64,000 nt of DNA from the human T2T-CHM13v2.0 reference genome, Homo sapiens. Made by a program: the position numbers and the translations under genes. Under the pieces are notes generated by a model. It searched no databases. It was not told the origin of the DNA and saw nothing but the letters and a program-made list of their open reading frames with translations. This document shows positions 1 through 19,043 of this stretch, in pieces. The first letter of the stretch is position 1, and each line of letters begins with the position of its first letter. The stretch is taken from the NCBI RefSeq assembly GCF_009914755.1, contig NC_060925.1; one strand, given 5' to 3'.

Positions 1-720
1 TATAAAACAACTGGCCTGTAACTCCTCAAATATGTCAAGGTTGTGAAAGACGAAGTGTGGAAAATTCTATTCCAGATTGAAGGAGACTAAAGACACTTGA
101 CAACTGAACACAATGTATGATATAGAATTTATTTTACCATAATGGACATTATTGGAACATTTGAGCAAATTCAAATGAGGTCTGTAGGTTAGAAAATATT
201 ATTGAATCAATATTGATTTCTTAATTTTTATAATTGTGGTTATGAAAGAGAATATCCTTGTTTTTAGAAAATATACACTGGCGGGGCGTGGTGGCTCACT
301 CCTGTAATCCCAGCACTTTGGGAGGCCGAGGCGGGCAGATCACGAGGTCAGGAGTTTGAGACCAGCCTGGCCAACATGGTGAAACCCTGTCTCTACTAAA
401 AATACAAAATTAGCTGGGCATGGTGGCATATGCATGTAGTCCCAGCTACCTGGAGGCTGAGGCAGGAGAATAGCTGGAATCCAGGAGGCAGAGGTTGCAG
501 TGAGTTGAGATCACGCCACTGCACTCCAGCCTGGGTGACAGAGCAAAACTCTGTCTCAAAAAAAAAAAAAAAAACAAAGAAAAGAAAATATCCACTGAAG
601 TGCTTAATGGAAAGGGGCATCATGTCTGTAAGTTATTATCAAACAGAAACAAGTTCAGAAAAAAATTATGCACATACACATGCACAGAAATACAGTGAGA
701 GAGAGAGAGCAAGTGTGCAG
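1..720 (+). mobile_element. L1MC4-like 3' end split by an Alu (280-585)
   Basis: Matches remembered L1MC4 3'UTR text; Alu TSD AGAAAATAT(A/C)CACTG. Confidence 0.7.
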
Positions 721-2770
721 TAGGTATTAGCCTAGGTTGCTAGGAGAATTAAAGTTAACAAGCAATTAATTCATGACTAACACCAGAAACTTGGAGAATA
801 TGCCCAATGACCTTTTATCAAGTGCCCAGTGCCAATTTATCACTTAAGATAGCACTCCACATGGCAGAAAGACTTAAACGCCAGTAAGTCACTCTGTATG
901 TTTGGGACATCTATAGAACACTTTTTTTTTTTTTTTTGAAAACTCCTCTAGCAAAAAAATGTTTAAACTTTCATCTTCACGTTGGGTGATTGCAGTCATA
1001 AATTTCACACAATGATCCTGCTTGTATCATAGAATAACCCATTTTCTGATGAACAGGTTGAATCCAAATAAATTCCAAACACGTGTATAATGTAGAGTTA
1101 AAACATTTTAGACTCAAAGCTCAAAGCTAATTAAGAACCGGCATGGGCCACAGTTTGAACCAGCACCAACTTGTCTTTGCTCTGTTATTGGTTTGCTGTC
1201 TTTGCCTGTTATTCCATATCACTTGCTGGAAGGAAGCAGCCATACTGAAATACAAATTTTGTTTGTTTCTTTTTTAAAAAAGGAAACAAATAGATGGTTT
1301 ATTCTAAGAATGTACAGGAACTTATATTCTAAACGTCCATAAATGCATATTCTAGGGACTCTTATCATCTCAGAACCCTACTACAGATTCTCTTTAATCT
1401 TTTTAAACATCCTGTTACATAAATTGCAGCTGTATCTATAGCAGGAAGAACAATAAGATAATAACTGGTCAAACATCAAAAGCACTTGGGTGGGTCTTCC
1501 ACAAACATTTAGTCTTCTCTCCCACCAACACCATGTTCTTAGATTTTTTTTCCAACCACATTAATGTATTTTTTGTTTGTTTGTTTCTTCTTTTTCCTTT
1601 CCCCTGAGTAATTACTATGAATTTTTGCCAGGTCAAGAATTCTTCCCAGAAACAAACCCCAAGTATTAAAAAAAATCAAACAAACAGTACCTGAAGATAA
1701 GATGTACTCTTTCCAGGCCCACCCCCTCCCTTTGATTTCTTTCTCCAGATTGAGTGGGTTTAATTGGAATTGCACGTCCTCAGCGTTTCATGAAGGACAG
1801 ATTTTCTATCTGACCTATGACCTGCTAGGAATTCCCTATTAACTTTCATGGGATGAATTTGGAATTGTCCTTACCACTCAGTATTTACTAAGTAAGAAAT
1901 CACACAAACTCTTATGCAGGCTGTGAATCTAATGTATGTATACATATAGCAAGCATTTCTTGATGATAAAATGTTAGAGTTATGGTCGGGCACAGTGGCT
2001 CATGCCTGTAATCCCAGCACTTTGGAAGGCCCAGGCGGGTGAATCACTTGAGGTCAGGAGTTCAAGACCAGCCTGGCCAATATGGTGAAACCCCGTCTCT
2101 ACTAAAAATACAAAAATTAGCCAGGTGTGGTGGTGCACGCCTGTAGTCACAGCTACTCAGGAGGCTGAAGCAGGAGAATGGCTTGAACCCAGGAGGCGGA
2201 GGTTGCGGCGAGCCAAGATTATACCACGGCACTACAGCCTGGGTGATAGGGCAAGATTCTGTCTAAAAAAAAAAAAAAAGTTAGAGTTAGGAAGAGTTTT
2301 AGAGGTCATTCAACTTGACGTCTTTTCCATAACTTTTTTTGTCAAATGGTTGCAAGCCAAAAACTCAGTTGTTATAACAAGGAGCTCCATATGGTGTTGG
2401 GCAGCTCAATCTATTGCTGGACAGCTCTCATCATAACCCTTGCTTCTTCCTGTGGTTCTCTGGAGCCTCACAGAATATGTCTACCTCTCTTCCATATGAC
2501 AACCCTTCACACACTGGTAGCTGCTAATTTGTGCCAATTAAGCTGTCACCAGGTCTCATAATGATTTTTCAGATCACATTGGGAAACGCATGAACATCCA
2601 AAAGTTAATGTTTAACTCTGGAAGGTAAGATTATGGTTATGTTTTTACTTTCTTGTTTATATGTAAATTCTAAGTTTCACAATAAATATTTAATAGTGCA
2701 AACATTTGGCCGGGCATGGTGGCTCACGCCTGTAATCCCAGCACTTTGGGAAGCCGAGGCGGGAGGATCA

Positions 2771-3245
<475 letters not shown>

Positions 3246-3859
3246 TATTCCTCTTTTTTTTTTTTCTTTGAGACAAGGTCTCACTTCGTCACCCAGGCTG
3301 GAGTGCAGTGGTGTGATCACTGCTCACTGCAGCCTAGATTTCCTGGGCTCAAGTAGTCCTCCCACTTCAGCTTCCCAAGCAGATGGGACCACAGGCATGA
3401 GCCACCATACCCAGCTAATTCTTTTTTTCTCTGTTAGAGATAGGGTCTCCCTATGTTGCCCAAGCTGCTATCAAACTCCTGGGCTCAAAGGATCCTCCCA
3501 CTTCAGCCTCCCAAATTGTTGGAGCCACCGTGCCTGGCCAGCCTCCCAAAGTGTTGGAGCCAGCTTCCTAAGGTGTGAGCCACCGTGCCTGGCTGACCAT
3601 TCCTCTTATAAGAAAAACAATTTATTTATTTTGGCAGCAACAAGTAGGGCGTTATTTGTTTTGTTTTGTTTTTAGTGTGGTGTCCAGAAATTAATAGAAT
3701 ATGCTAGATTTGATGTGAACAGCATAAAGCACACTGGGATTATTATGTCCTTTGATTTGGTGACAGTATAATATATCAATGCCCCTAAGACTGCATTTGA
3801 TTTTTTACCTGTAATACAAGATTACCGGCTCATACAGAGATTACAAAAAATCCTCTGGT

Positions 3860-4865
<1,006 letters not shown>

Positions 4866-5109
4866 ACAAAAACTGTGAAAGAAAATCAAAAGAAACTACT
4901 TCAACATAATAAAAACTATTTACCCCAAATGAAAAGCAACTATGATACTAACTGGCAAAATGTTAAAATTCTTTTATTCAAAATCAGGAACTACACAGGA
5001 GTTTTTAGTTAAGGCCAGGTGCGGTGGTGGTTCACACCTGTAATCCCAGCACTTTGGGAGGCCGAGGCGGGTGGATCACGAGGTCAGGAGATTGAGACCA
5101 TCCTGGCTA

Positions 5110-5343
<234 letters not shown>

Positions 5344-5369
5344 CTATTTCACTCTTAACTTTAAAATTA

Positions 5370-5573
<204 letters not shown>

Positions 5574-5684
5574 TCACTTGAACCTGGGAGGTGGAGGTTG
5601 CAAGTGAGCTGAGATCACACCATGGCACTCCAGTCTGGGCAATAAGAGCAAAACTCCATCTAAAAAAAATAATTAATTAATTAA

Positions 5685-6090
5685 CATAATACACATATAA
5701 AATGTGCACAAATCCTAAGTGCACACATCAATGATCAATGAATTTTTGCAAAGCAAACATATTTATATAACTACCACATAGGTCAAGAAAGTTATTACCA
5801 GCACTTCAGAAGCCTAACTCATGCCCCCTTCCTCCTTCCTATAGAGAACCAGTCCTGACTTTTAACACCACTGAATAGTTTTGCCTGGATTGGAAACATA
5901 CATACATGTGGCATCATGCAATCTATACTCCTTTGTGTGTGTTTGGTTTATTTCTTTCAACATTTTCTTTGTGAAGTTTCTTCATGTTTCTGATAGCAGT
6001 AGTTCACTCACTTTCATTGCTGTACGATAGTTTATTGCTTGAATAATATACCACAATTCAATGTCCATTCTGTTGTTGATGAACTTTCAG
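5685..6090 (-). mobile_element. L1ME-like 3' fragment
   Basis: TGCACAAATCCTAAGTG...AGTAGTTCACTCACTTTCATTGCTG. Confidence 0.65.
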
Positions 6091-6377
6091 GTCCTTCTGA
6101 ATCTGAAACCCATCATCCAATATGTTAGCCATCAATACTCCCAGCTTTGTGTCATCAGAAATTTGGATGATCACAACATTTCTGATACAAATCATTGACT
6201 TTTAACTGTTTGACAGGACCAGACAGACTTGTATCAGCCAACTAGAGATCTCCCTTCAGGTTAACCTTAATACTAATAAATATTATTTGGACAAAATTTA
6301 GTTAGCTAAAACTGTAGCTATCTGTAGTATCATTCAATGTACCTTTCTGCATTTCAGAGGCCGAGATAGGAGATTCA

Positions 6378-6596
<219 letters not shown>

Positions 6597-6681
6597 TTAA
6601 AAAAAAAAACAAAAAACAGGCCAGGCACAGTGGCTCACGCCTGTAATCCCAGTATTTTGGGAGGCCGAGGCAGGCAGATCA

Positions 6682-6990
<309 letters not shown>

Positions 6991-7016
6991 TCAGGAGATC
7001 GAGACCACCCTGGCTA

Positions 7017-7253
<237 letters not shown>

Positions 7254-7639
7254 CTACTGAGTTCTAGGTACTGAGTGGGGTTAGAGAAGTGGAAAAAACA
7301 GACCACACCGAGACTCTCACGAAATTTACATTCTAGTTGATGAGATAGATGTAAATAAAAATTCAGGTCATTTTATGAGGAAAGTGAAATGGAGCAACAC
7401 TAAACAGAATAATGAGGAGAAAGGCACACAACTTCTGAAGGCACTAGCCATGTGAAGACTGGGAGTATACCATTCCAGGCAGGGGAACAGCAAGCACAAA
7501 GTCCTTGAGGAAGGGATGGGCTTAAAAAAACAAGGAGGGCAGTGTACCTAGAGCAAAATGTGAACAAAGGCAAGTAGAGGAAAGGTAGACAGAAACTAGA
7601 TTATGTAAGGTCTTGAAATTCTTTTATTTACTCACTTAC

Positions 7640-7801
7640 TTTTTTAGAGATGGGGTCTCCCTGTGTCACCTGGGCTAGGGTACAGTGGCTATTCACAGGA
7701 GCAATCATAGCACACTGCAGCCTGGAACTCTGAAGCTCAAACAATCCTCACCCCTCAGCTTCCCAATAGCTGAGACTACAGACTCACACAATGTGCTTGG
7801 C
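7640..7801 (-). mobile_element. FAM (fossil Alu monomer)
   Basis: Contains the 7SL-like segment CAGTGGCTATTCACAGG..ATCATAGCACACTGCAGCC, absent from dimeric Alus. Confidence 0.8.
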
Positions 7802-7859
7802 AAGGCCTTTTATTCTAAATGCAGTGGTGAGATGGACAAGAGATGTACCATCCATATCC

Positions 7860-8228
7860 TCCTTTAAGGAAGGACTTGATGCCCAGATGTAAAGAGTGTA
7901 GTCACCAAACAGCCCTTTCAGAATCTGCCCCAGACACAGAGAGCCCCACTGCTTAAGGATATACCCTTCTTAGAGCAGATCGCTTCTAGAGACTAAGTGA
8001 GCAGGGTTATAAAGCCCCAGCTATTTTAACCTAACAATTCTGACGGATAATACTCGTTTTTCAGAGCTCCTTGATAGGTTGGCCAAGGCTATTTTTGGTC
8101 TGCATCACTGATTTCTTCCTCAGTCCAACTCAGATTTCTCTTTCTTCCTTGTCACAGATGTTAAACCTTAATAACATGTTGAATCCCAAACTCCACCTCT
8201 GCATCTGTGACAAACTTAACCTGTGACA
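7860..8228 (+). mobile_element. LTR40-like ERVL LTR inside an L2
   Basis: CAGAGCTCC...CTGCATC...AACCTGTGACA 3' terminus. Confidence 0.55.
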
Positions 8229-8362
8229 AATGGGAAGCCATAAAAGGATTTTTTTTTTTTTTTTTTTTGAGACAGAGTTTCACTCTTGTTGCTCAGGCTG
8301 GAGTGCAATGGCATGATCTCAATCTTGGCTCACCGCAACCTCCGCCTCCCAGGTTCAAGTGA

Positions 8363-8587
<225 letters not shown>

Positions 8588-9124
8588 TCAAATGGCCTGA
8601 TTTACATTTTAGATCACTCTAGCTGCTGTATAGAGGATGGACTGTGGGAAATAAAAGTGAAAACAAGACCAGTAGCAGTAGCCCAGGGGAGATGGTGGTG
8701 ATTTGATCTAGGGAGGAGAAAGTGGGAAGTGGATGGATTTGGGATATAATTTGGTTGTAGAAGTGATAACTGCGCGGTGGCTCACGCCTGTAATCCCAGC
8801 ACTTTAGGAGGCCGAGGCAGGCGGATCACCTGAGGTCAGGAGTTCGAGACCAGCCTGGCTAACATGGTGAAACCCCGTCTCTACTAAAAATACAAAAAAT
8901 TAGCCAGGCGTGATGGCGGGCGCCTGTAGTCCCACCTACTCGGGAGGCTGAGGCAGGAGAATGGTGTGAACCAGGAGGCAGAGCTTGCAGTGAGCCTAGA
9001 TAGCGCCACTGCACTCCAGCCTGGGTGACAGAGCGAGACTCCATCTCAAAAAAAAAAAAAAAAAGTGATAACTGGTTCATCCCAACCATTTTTATCAGTT
9101 ACCTTGCAGAAAACAAATTTAGTG

Positions 9125-9877
9125 TGTTGAAGGAAACCAAAATATTTCTCGCTAAAATACTGGGGATTTTAGTTTAAAAGCTTAAAACACATGGGCACAC
9201 TGCCCTTCCTAACTCTGCCTTCATCCGCTCAGAAACAGCTCAGCGGTGCCAGAGGATCCAGGAGCAGACTTTACTCTTCCCATTAATTTACCTTCCCACA
9301 TTTTCCTGCCTTTTGGAAGCCTAAAGATACTCTTCTTTGTTTCAGCACTTCGTAAGATTCATGGCTCTGGCCAAGTACGGTGGCTCACGCCTGTAATCCC
9401 AGCACTTTGGGAGGCCTAGGCAGGTGGATTGCTTGAGGCCAGGAGCTCGAAACCAGCCTGTCCAACATGGCACTACCCTGTCTCTACTAAAAATACAAAA
9501 ATCAGCCGGGCGTGGTGGCACACGCCTGTAACCCCAGCTACTCGGGAGGCTGAGGCGCAATAATCGCTTGAACCCAGGAGGCGAGGTTGCAGTGAGCCGA
9601 GATCATGCCACTGCACTCCAGCCTGGGCGACAGAGCAAGACTCTGTCAAAAAAAAAAAAAAAAAAAATTCATGGTTCTTTGTTAAAATACTATTTAAACA
9701 AGGTCCCTAAGCCACTGCCTGGAGAGAGAAATACTTTTGAACTGAGGCCTCTCCCACTTGATGGGTACAGCATGTTAATAAACTTGTTTTTCTTTTGTTA
9801 ATCTGACGCTTGTTTTCAAGTGTCTCAACTAAGAACCTAAAAAGGGTAAAAAAAGAAATGATGTTTTCTCTCCAACA
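9125..9877 (+). mobile_element. Solo ERV1 LTR (MER34 group) with Alu (9369-9667)
   Basis: TGTTGAAG...CTCCAACA termini, AATAAA about 9777, MER34-type 3' end. Confidence 0.6.
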
Positions 9878-9944
9878 GTGTGTTTTTATTTCTTTCATCT
9901 ACCTGTCCAGTAATCATTTTAAAAAAGAAAATAGCATTAGTTAC

Positions 9945-10415
9945 TGCCTGTGTGATGTGGCCCCTGCTTATCTGCACTCTCCCTCCTGTTTACTGTTCCA
10001 GCCACCTCAGCTTTTTCTCTGTTCCTCTAGCATGGCAAGCTTATTCCTGCCTCATGACTCTTTCGCATGGTGTTTTCAGATTTTCTCTGTAGCACTCTGC
10101 ACGCATTGTCCACCTAAATTCTATTCATCCCTCAGGTAGCAGTTTAAATACTGTGTCCCCACAGAGGATTTCTCTAGCACTGCCTCCTCTCCCAGTGAAG
10201 CTAGTTCCTGTAATTATGGGCTCACATAAATCCCTGGGTTTTCTTTTTTGGCACTTATCACAAGCTGTAATTATACCATACGTTTTATTATTTGTCTTCC
10301 TCACCAGAGTTCCACAAGGGGCAGGAATGTGCCTGTTTTGTTTTCTGCTTCATCCCTTGTGTCTTGCACAGTAACTATAACTCAGAATTTGCGCAACAAA
10401 TATTTGCTGAATGAA
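9945..10415 (+). mobile_element. L2 3' end
   Basis: Ends AAATATTTGCTGAATGAA. Other L2 pieces at about 7235-7620, 8230-8770, 19050-19430, 41570-42330, 53990-54220 and 56430-56790. Confidence 0.65.
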
Positions 10416-10567
10416 AGAACTTGCCCGTAGCGGCCCCTTGTTAGTGCCTAGAGTCAATTTCTTTACATGCTCGTAAAACATCTTTTGATAATCCATGCCA
10501 AAATGTTCTAGAGATCATTGAAAATTTTCCTACTAGTTTTCAGAATGTAATTTTTTTCCACCTGGGG

Positions 10568-10603
<36 letters not shown>

Positions 10604-10632
10604 AGATGGAGCCTCCACCGTGTCTCTACTAA

Positions 10633-10809
<177 letters not shown>

Positions 10810-10949
10810 TAGTAGAGACGGGGTTTCACCATGTTGGCCAGGCTGGTCTCGAACTCCTGACCTCGTGATCCATCCGCCTTGGCCTCCCAAAGTGCTGGGA
10901 TTACAGGTGTGAGCCACCGTGCCCAGCCTGAGAACATTTTTTAAAATAA

Positions 10950-11342
<393 letters not shown>

Positions 11343-11919
11343 TAATTTTAAGGTAATACCAAATATTTATAACAACAACAAAACCCTACTCTATTCCACA
11401 GTCTTACTCTCTAGATATGCAACTACTTAAGCTAAGCAGGTTTGGTCAATCTCTATCTTTAAAGGAAGTCTTTTTTCATACTTAAAAAATCAAAGACATT
11501 TTACCCTCTGACCCTTTCCCCACTGTCAATAATTTCAATAGTATTTCCATTTGCGGTTTGCAACACCATTGGCAATTTCTTTCAGTATCTTTTAGTATTG
11601 GGGACTAGAAATTTTACTTTTTAAAAATTTATTTATTTCTTATTTTTTATTTTTCTTTTTTTTTTGGTAGAGATGGTGCCTCTCCATGTTACCCAGGCTG
11701 GTCTGAAACTCCTGGTCTCCCAAAGTACTGGGATTATAGGCGTGAGCCACCACACCTAGCCTAAATTTTAATTGTTTTAAAAGTAGCAGAATATCTCTTA
11801 TTATCTCACCTCAATGGTGTTACATTTCTTTTCTTTTCTCTTTTTTTTTTTTGAGACAGGGTCTTGCTCTGTTGCCCAGGCTGGAGTGTAGTGGCACATT
11901 CGTAGCCTCAGCCTCCTAG

Positions 11920-12574
<655 letters not shown>

Positions 12575-13513
12575 TTAGGAAGACCCTTTGCCTCTACTTG
12601 TTTTTTAAAAAGTGAAATAACAGAAAGTGAAGAGGTTTTCTCAGGATGTTAGCAATTCTCCACTGTTAAGCAGGTCTTCTCTAGGTTTACAACAGAAATA
12701 GCTAAGGAGGCAGAGCTCACACCTACTTTGTCTATCTTTCTAATACTGAACAAAACCTTTACTCAATTTTGCTGCTTTCTAATGATTCTGTCCTATTTCT
12801 ACTCTTTTTTGGCAAACTCCTCTAGCAAATTATCTGCGCAGTTATCGTCACCTCTTAATGTCAAATAACAAATAATTTGGTTTTAGTCTCTATTGAAATA
12901 TAATTAAGGGCCATTATCTACTCCTGAATAGCCACATTAAAATGCCTCTTCTCAGTCTTTACTGAGTTCCCTATTGAGTTTGTTATTGCAAACCACTCTA
13001 TTAAGGAATGGTTTTTCTTCTCTTTATAATTAAAGAAAATTACATGAACAGTATAGCAACATTAATACAGCTCTAGATAAAAGACAGAAAAAGTCACCCA
13101 CAATGTCACTACCCATCCAAAAGTAAACATTTTTTAAAAGTTGTTGTTGTTGTTTGAGACAGAGTTTCGTCTTGTTGCCCAGGCTGGAGTGCAGTGGCGC
13201 AATCTCTGCTTACCACAACCTCCATCTCCTGGGTTAAAGCGATTCTCCTGCCTCAGCCTCCTGAATACCTGGGATTACAGGCATGTGCCACCACACCTGG
13301 CTAATTTTGTATTTTTAGTAGCGACAGAGCTTCTCCAACTTGGTCAGGCTGGTCTCAAACTCCTGACCTCAGGTGATCCGCCCTCCTCGGCCTCCCAAAG
13401 TGCTAGGATTACAGGCATGAGCCACCGCGCCTGGCCAAAAAATTATGTTTATAGGACACTAGTGGCTGGGTGCGGTGGCTTAGCCTGGCCAGCATGGTGA
13501 AACCCTGTCTCTA

Positions 13514-13675
<162 letters not shown>

Positions 13676-13686
13676 CTAAAAAAAAA

Positions 13687-13794
13687 AATTCTTCACATTT
13701 CACCCATGAGCAAAATCTAGTTTGTGTTAAGCTAGCTCTTCTGGAAAATGTGGGGCTGGTGGGGAAATGTATTATATTTAAAATCCTGAAATCA
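13687..13794 (+). repeat. Inverted duplicate copy B of a 108-bp unique sequence
   Basis: See copy A. Confidence 0.95.
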
Positions 13795-14380
<586 letters not shown>

Positions 14381-14394
14381 TCAGTTAAGCCTTA

Positions 14395-14814
<420 letters not shown>

Positions 14815-16087
14815 TTATGCTTTTCCTATGTAGTTCTGGAAGTAATGTCCTCCTCTTAGTTTAGCAGAAAGGATTACCTCTCACTGGCAGAATTTCTTGC
14901 TAGGTAGAAAGGGAAGGTAGAAGCAAGCCAGTGGAGATGTATTTTTACAATGCATTGGATCTTTCCGCACTTCTCAGATCACACTATGTAAAGAGTACCC
15001 TCTTCCAACACATAGAACACTCTTTATTTAGGCCAAATCAAGATTTCTGGATACTCTATAATGGTCAGGCTGGATAAACGGTTAGGGAGGGAAGGAAAGG
15101 GACTTTTCACATCATATCTGTTATATCTTTTAAATTTTGTATTATGATCATGTGTCATTTATTGAAACAGTAAGTTGTTACTTTAAAGACTCAATTAAGG
15201 CTGAGTAGTGAAATTTAAGATTTAGTTTTTTGGTCAGCATAGCCTCCAGTATTTATTTCTTTCCTTGCCCAACTTGTTCATCCGCTTTGTGATTTTGTAC
15301 TGTGGAGTTTTAGTTTAGAGACCTCTCCCTGCAAGTGATACCCCCAACCGAAGTTATCAAATCTAATCTAAACAGATCAATTTATGCGTGACATTTCATT
15401 TTCTTCCATAAGCTCTGTTTCCCACCAGCAAACAAAACATCTTGTTAAAACAGAGACTGTCCACTTCAAGCTTCAGATGAGAATTACAGTCAGATTCCAG
15501 CCCTGCTATTTACTAGCTACGTGACCTTCTGCAGGGCATGTTACCGCTCTGGGATTGGGTTTCCTCATGTGGGGCTGTAGAAGGTGCACTCAATTTACTA
15601 GATAGAGGTCAAAGGATGTACTTCAACTTCTGGCTCTGCCACTTTGTTGCTGTGCGACCTTGGACATGCTGCTTGGCCTGTAAGCTTCCGTTTCTATAAA
15701 ATAGGGATAACGCTTCCTTCCAGGGAGGTTTTGAAAGTGGGATGAGGGATCTAAGATGCCTAGGACACATGAGTGCTTAAGCCATGTTAGTGTCTTCTCC
15801 TTTCTCTTCACCTGTTTCTTTCTGGGCTGTTTTTGTTTGTTTGCTTTTACTTTATAAAATAAGAACAGTGAACTACCTATTATGCAGATCTCCTGCCTTT
15901 CATAATGCTTTATAAACTGTGAAGCAGAAAGCAGAATGTGTGGTTGTTTGGGCACCAGGAGGACAAAGGTCCCCAGGCTTTGAATTTCTCTGACCTCTCT
16001 AAATTGTGTTTGAATTCCAGAGAAGAGCTCTGTTTTTCTAGGTGAGAATTAGGCAAGCTTTTCCTGGAGCTCACCCCAGTCAGCACC

Positions 16088-16115
16088 CTGAGGGCTGAGG
16101 GCTGAGGGCTGAGGG
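16088..16115 (+). repeat. (CTGAGGG)4 tandem repeat, G-quadruplex motif
   Basis: Four GGG tracts with 4-nt loops. Confidence 0.9.
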
Positions 16116-16319
16116 CTTCCCTTCCACAAGACCTCCCTGTCTTTGTGAGGCTCAGCATCACAAAGCCACCTGGGGAGTCAAGGGTAGGTATTGTTCTTCA
16201 GAGACACCTGGATGCTGGCTCACTCCCTGAGGAGGAGGGAAAGCTGCTCTGGCCTTTGAAACATTGTATTGAAAACTCACACACAGAAGCCAAAACTGAC
16301 AAGGATGATAAGCTGCTAA

Positions 16320-16650
<331 letters not shown>

Positions 16651-17742
16651 TGATGCACCTGCCTCGGCCTTCCAAAGTGCTAGGATTACAGGCACAAGCC
16701 ACAGTGCCCGGCTAGGTAGAAGTTTAGAAGAGTTCATTAAGACTCTGCCACTCGGTGGATTTGTAACATGTATTAAACATTAACCCTCTCTGGGCCTGAG
16801 TTTCTCTATCTTAAGATGAGGAAAATTGGTGAAATAATACCTAACACACTTCCTAGCTCTAACTAACTTTGCTAGGCCAGATGCTTACAAATTGAAATTC
16901 TTTGATGTCAACCCTGTCTTATTCCTTGGACAAAGGGGAAGAGAAGAAAGGTCTTAGTTTTTACAACGCAACCAGCATGTATCAGGCATTATATGAGGGA
17001 CTTTATGTACACTAATGTATACACTGATTTCTAGCACAGCATTGCTTTGTTAATTTGACAAATGATCTTCTAAAAGGGTGGGCACGTGTGCCAAGGGTAC
17101 TATCACAAGGTTCTCTAATTTTAATCTTATCAAGGAAACAAGTAATCAAAAGACAGAAATGGGAGGCAGAATTAGTACATAATTTTAAATTTGCATTGGT
17201 GTGATACTATACTAGACACTGGAAATAAGGTAATCACAGTTAACCTACTAAACAGATATTTTACTTGATAGCAATAGAGAATACATAATATGTCTAAATC
17301 AAGTATCCTGTATAAATCACAGGTGAGCTATTTCTCAACACATTATTTGTTTCCTTCCTTCTCTACTTAAAAAAATTATACACATAATTCATAAATCATT
17401 CTCATTATAAAAGGGTCAACAACATAGAGCAAAGACTTAGGGGTCATTCTCTACTCAGCCTTCCTTTCAGCCCCCAGCCCCTTACCTCACTCTCTCACCA
17501 CCCAATCCCCTTAACAGAGAACCACAATGATGTATATTCCAAGTCACTTTCAAGTTAAATTTCATTATTGGTATCCTTACATTTTCCTTTAAGAAAAAAG
17601 AAACTCTGGGCCAGGTGCGGTGGCTCACGCCTGTAATCCCAACACTTTGGGAGGCCGAGGAGGCTGGATCACGAGGTCAAGAGATTGAGACCATCCTGGC
17701 CAACATAGTGAAACCCCATCTCTACTAAAAATACAAAAATTA

Positions 17743-17937
<195 letters not shown>

Positions 17938-18156
17938 TCAGTAACCTACAAAGCATTTAGGCAGGACGCTTTTCAAAATGCAGTTGGCAGAAATGGAAGT
18001 TGAACTGAGTGTGGTTTCCAGTACAGGGCATCTGGCCACCTTCACCTCAGTAAATACTGCTGATCGACTCTCTCTGGCTCTGGCTGTCCTGCCAGAGACA
18101 GCCAAACACAGGAGACATGACAAATTACTATCATCTTTTGCTTCTTTATTTTTATT

Positions 18157-18294
18157 ATTATTATTTTTCTTTTTGTGGAGAACAGCGTCTTGCTGTATTG
18201 CCCAGCCTGATCTCAAACTCCTGGGCTGAAGCTGTTCTCCTGCCTCTGCCTACCCAAGTGCTGGGGTTACAGGTGTGAGCCACTGCACTCGACC
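18157..18294 (-). pseudogene. Older BC200-like / FLAM_C monomer retrocopy
   Basis: Minus strand ends GGGCAATACAGCAAGACGCTGTTCTCCACAAAAAG. 12-bp TSD TTTATTTTTATT at 18145-18156 and 18295-18306. Confidence 0.6.
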
Positions 18295-18830
18295 TTTATT
18301 TTTATTCTGTATACTCATCAGTCCCCTTGTGCCCTGATAATGGCTAGAAATAGGAGTTTCTCTTATATACAGTAGCAGGGACACACTTTCTCTCCTTCTC
18401 TTTCCTTTCTAAAGGACAATGTCAAGGACATGTCCAGGACAGGTCAGAGAATGTTATATCAGAGATACTGCTGCTATATTTACCCCCACTTGCCTTTCAA
18501 GCAAAGCAATTTATATGATTAAAAACAAAACAAAACAAAACAAAAAACAGCAGAGGCAAACTGTCCTGGGTATCTTCAGAGAAGAAAAACATTGAATTTT
18601 AAAGCTATATTTTACTTTGCAGTAAATTTTTCTGGGGGCTAAATTTCCTTCTTCTCTTTGTTTTTACTTTTTAAAATTCTCTTAGGAGAGAGTTAAAGAG
18701 ATGTATTAGCCGGGTGCAGTGGCTCGTGCCTGTAATCCCAGCACTTTGGGAGGCCGAGGCGGTGGGGAGGGATCACCTGAGGTCAGGAGTTCAAGACCAG
18801 CGTGGCCAATATAATGAAACCCCGACTCTA

Positions 18831-19043
<213 letters not shown>

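Noticed and set aside
3505-3593. Short triplicated motif at an AluJ 5' end
   Set aside because: Local slippage within an Alu; no functional implication seen.
17030-17120. Possible small-RNA-like segment
   Set aside because: Could not match it to any snRNA, snoRNA or tRNA I recognise; no box motifs or TSD established.
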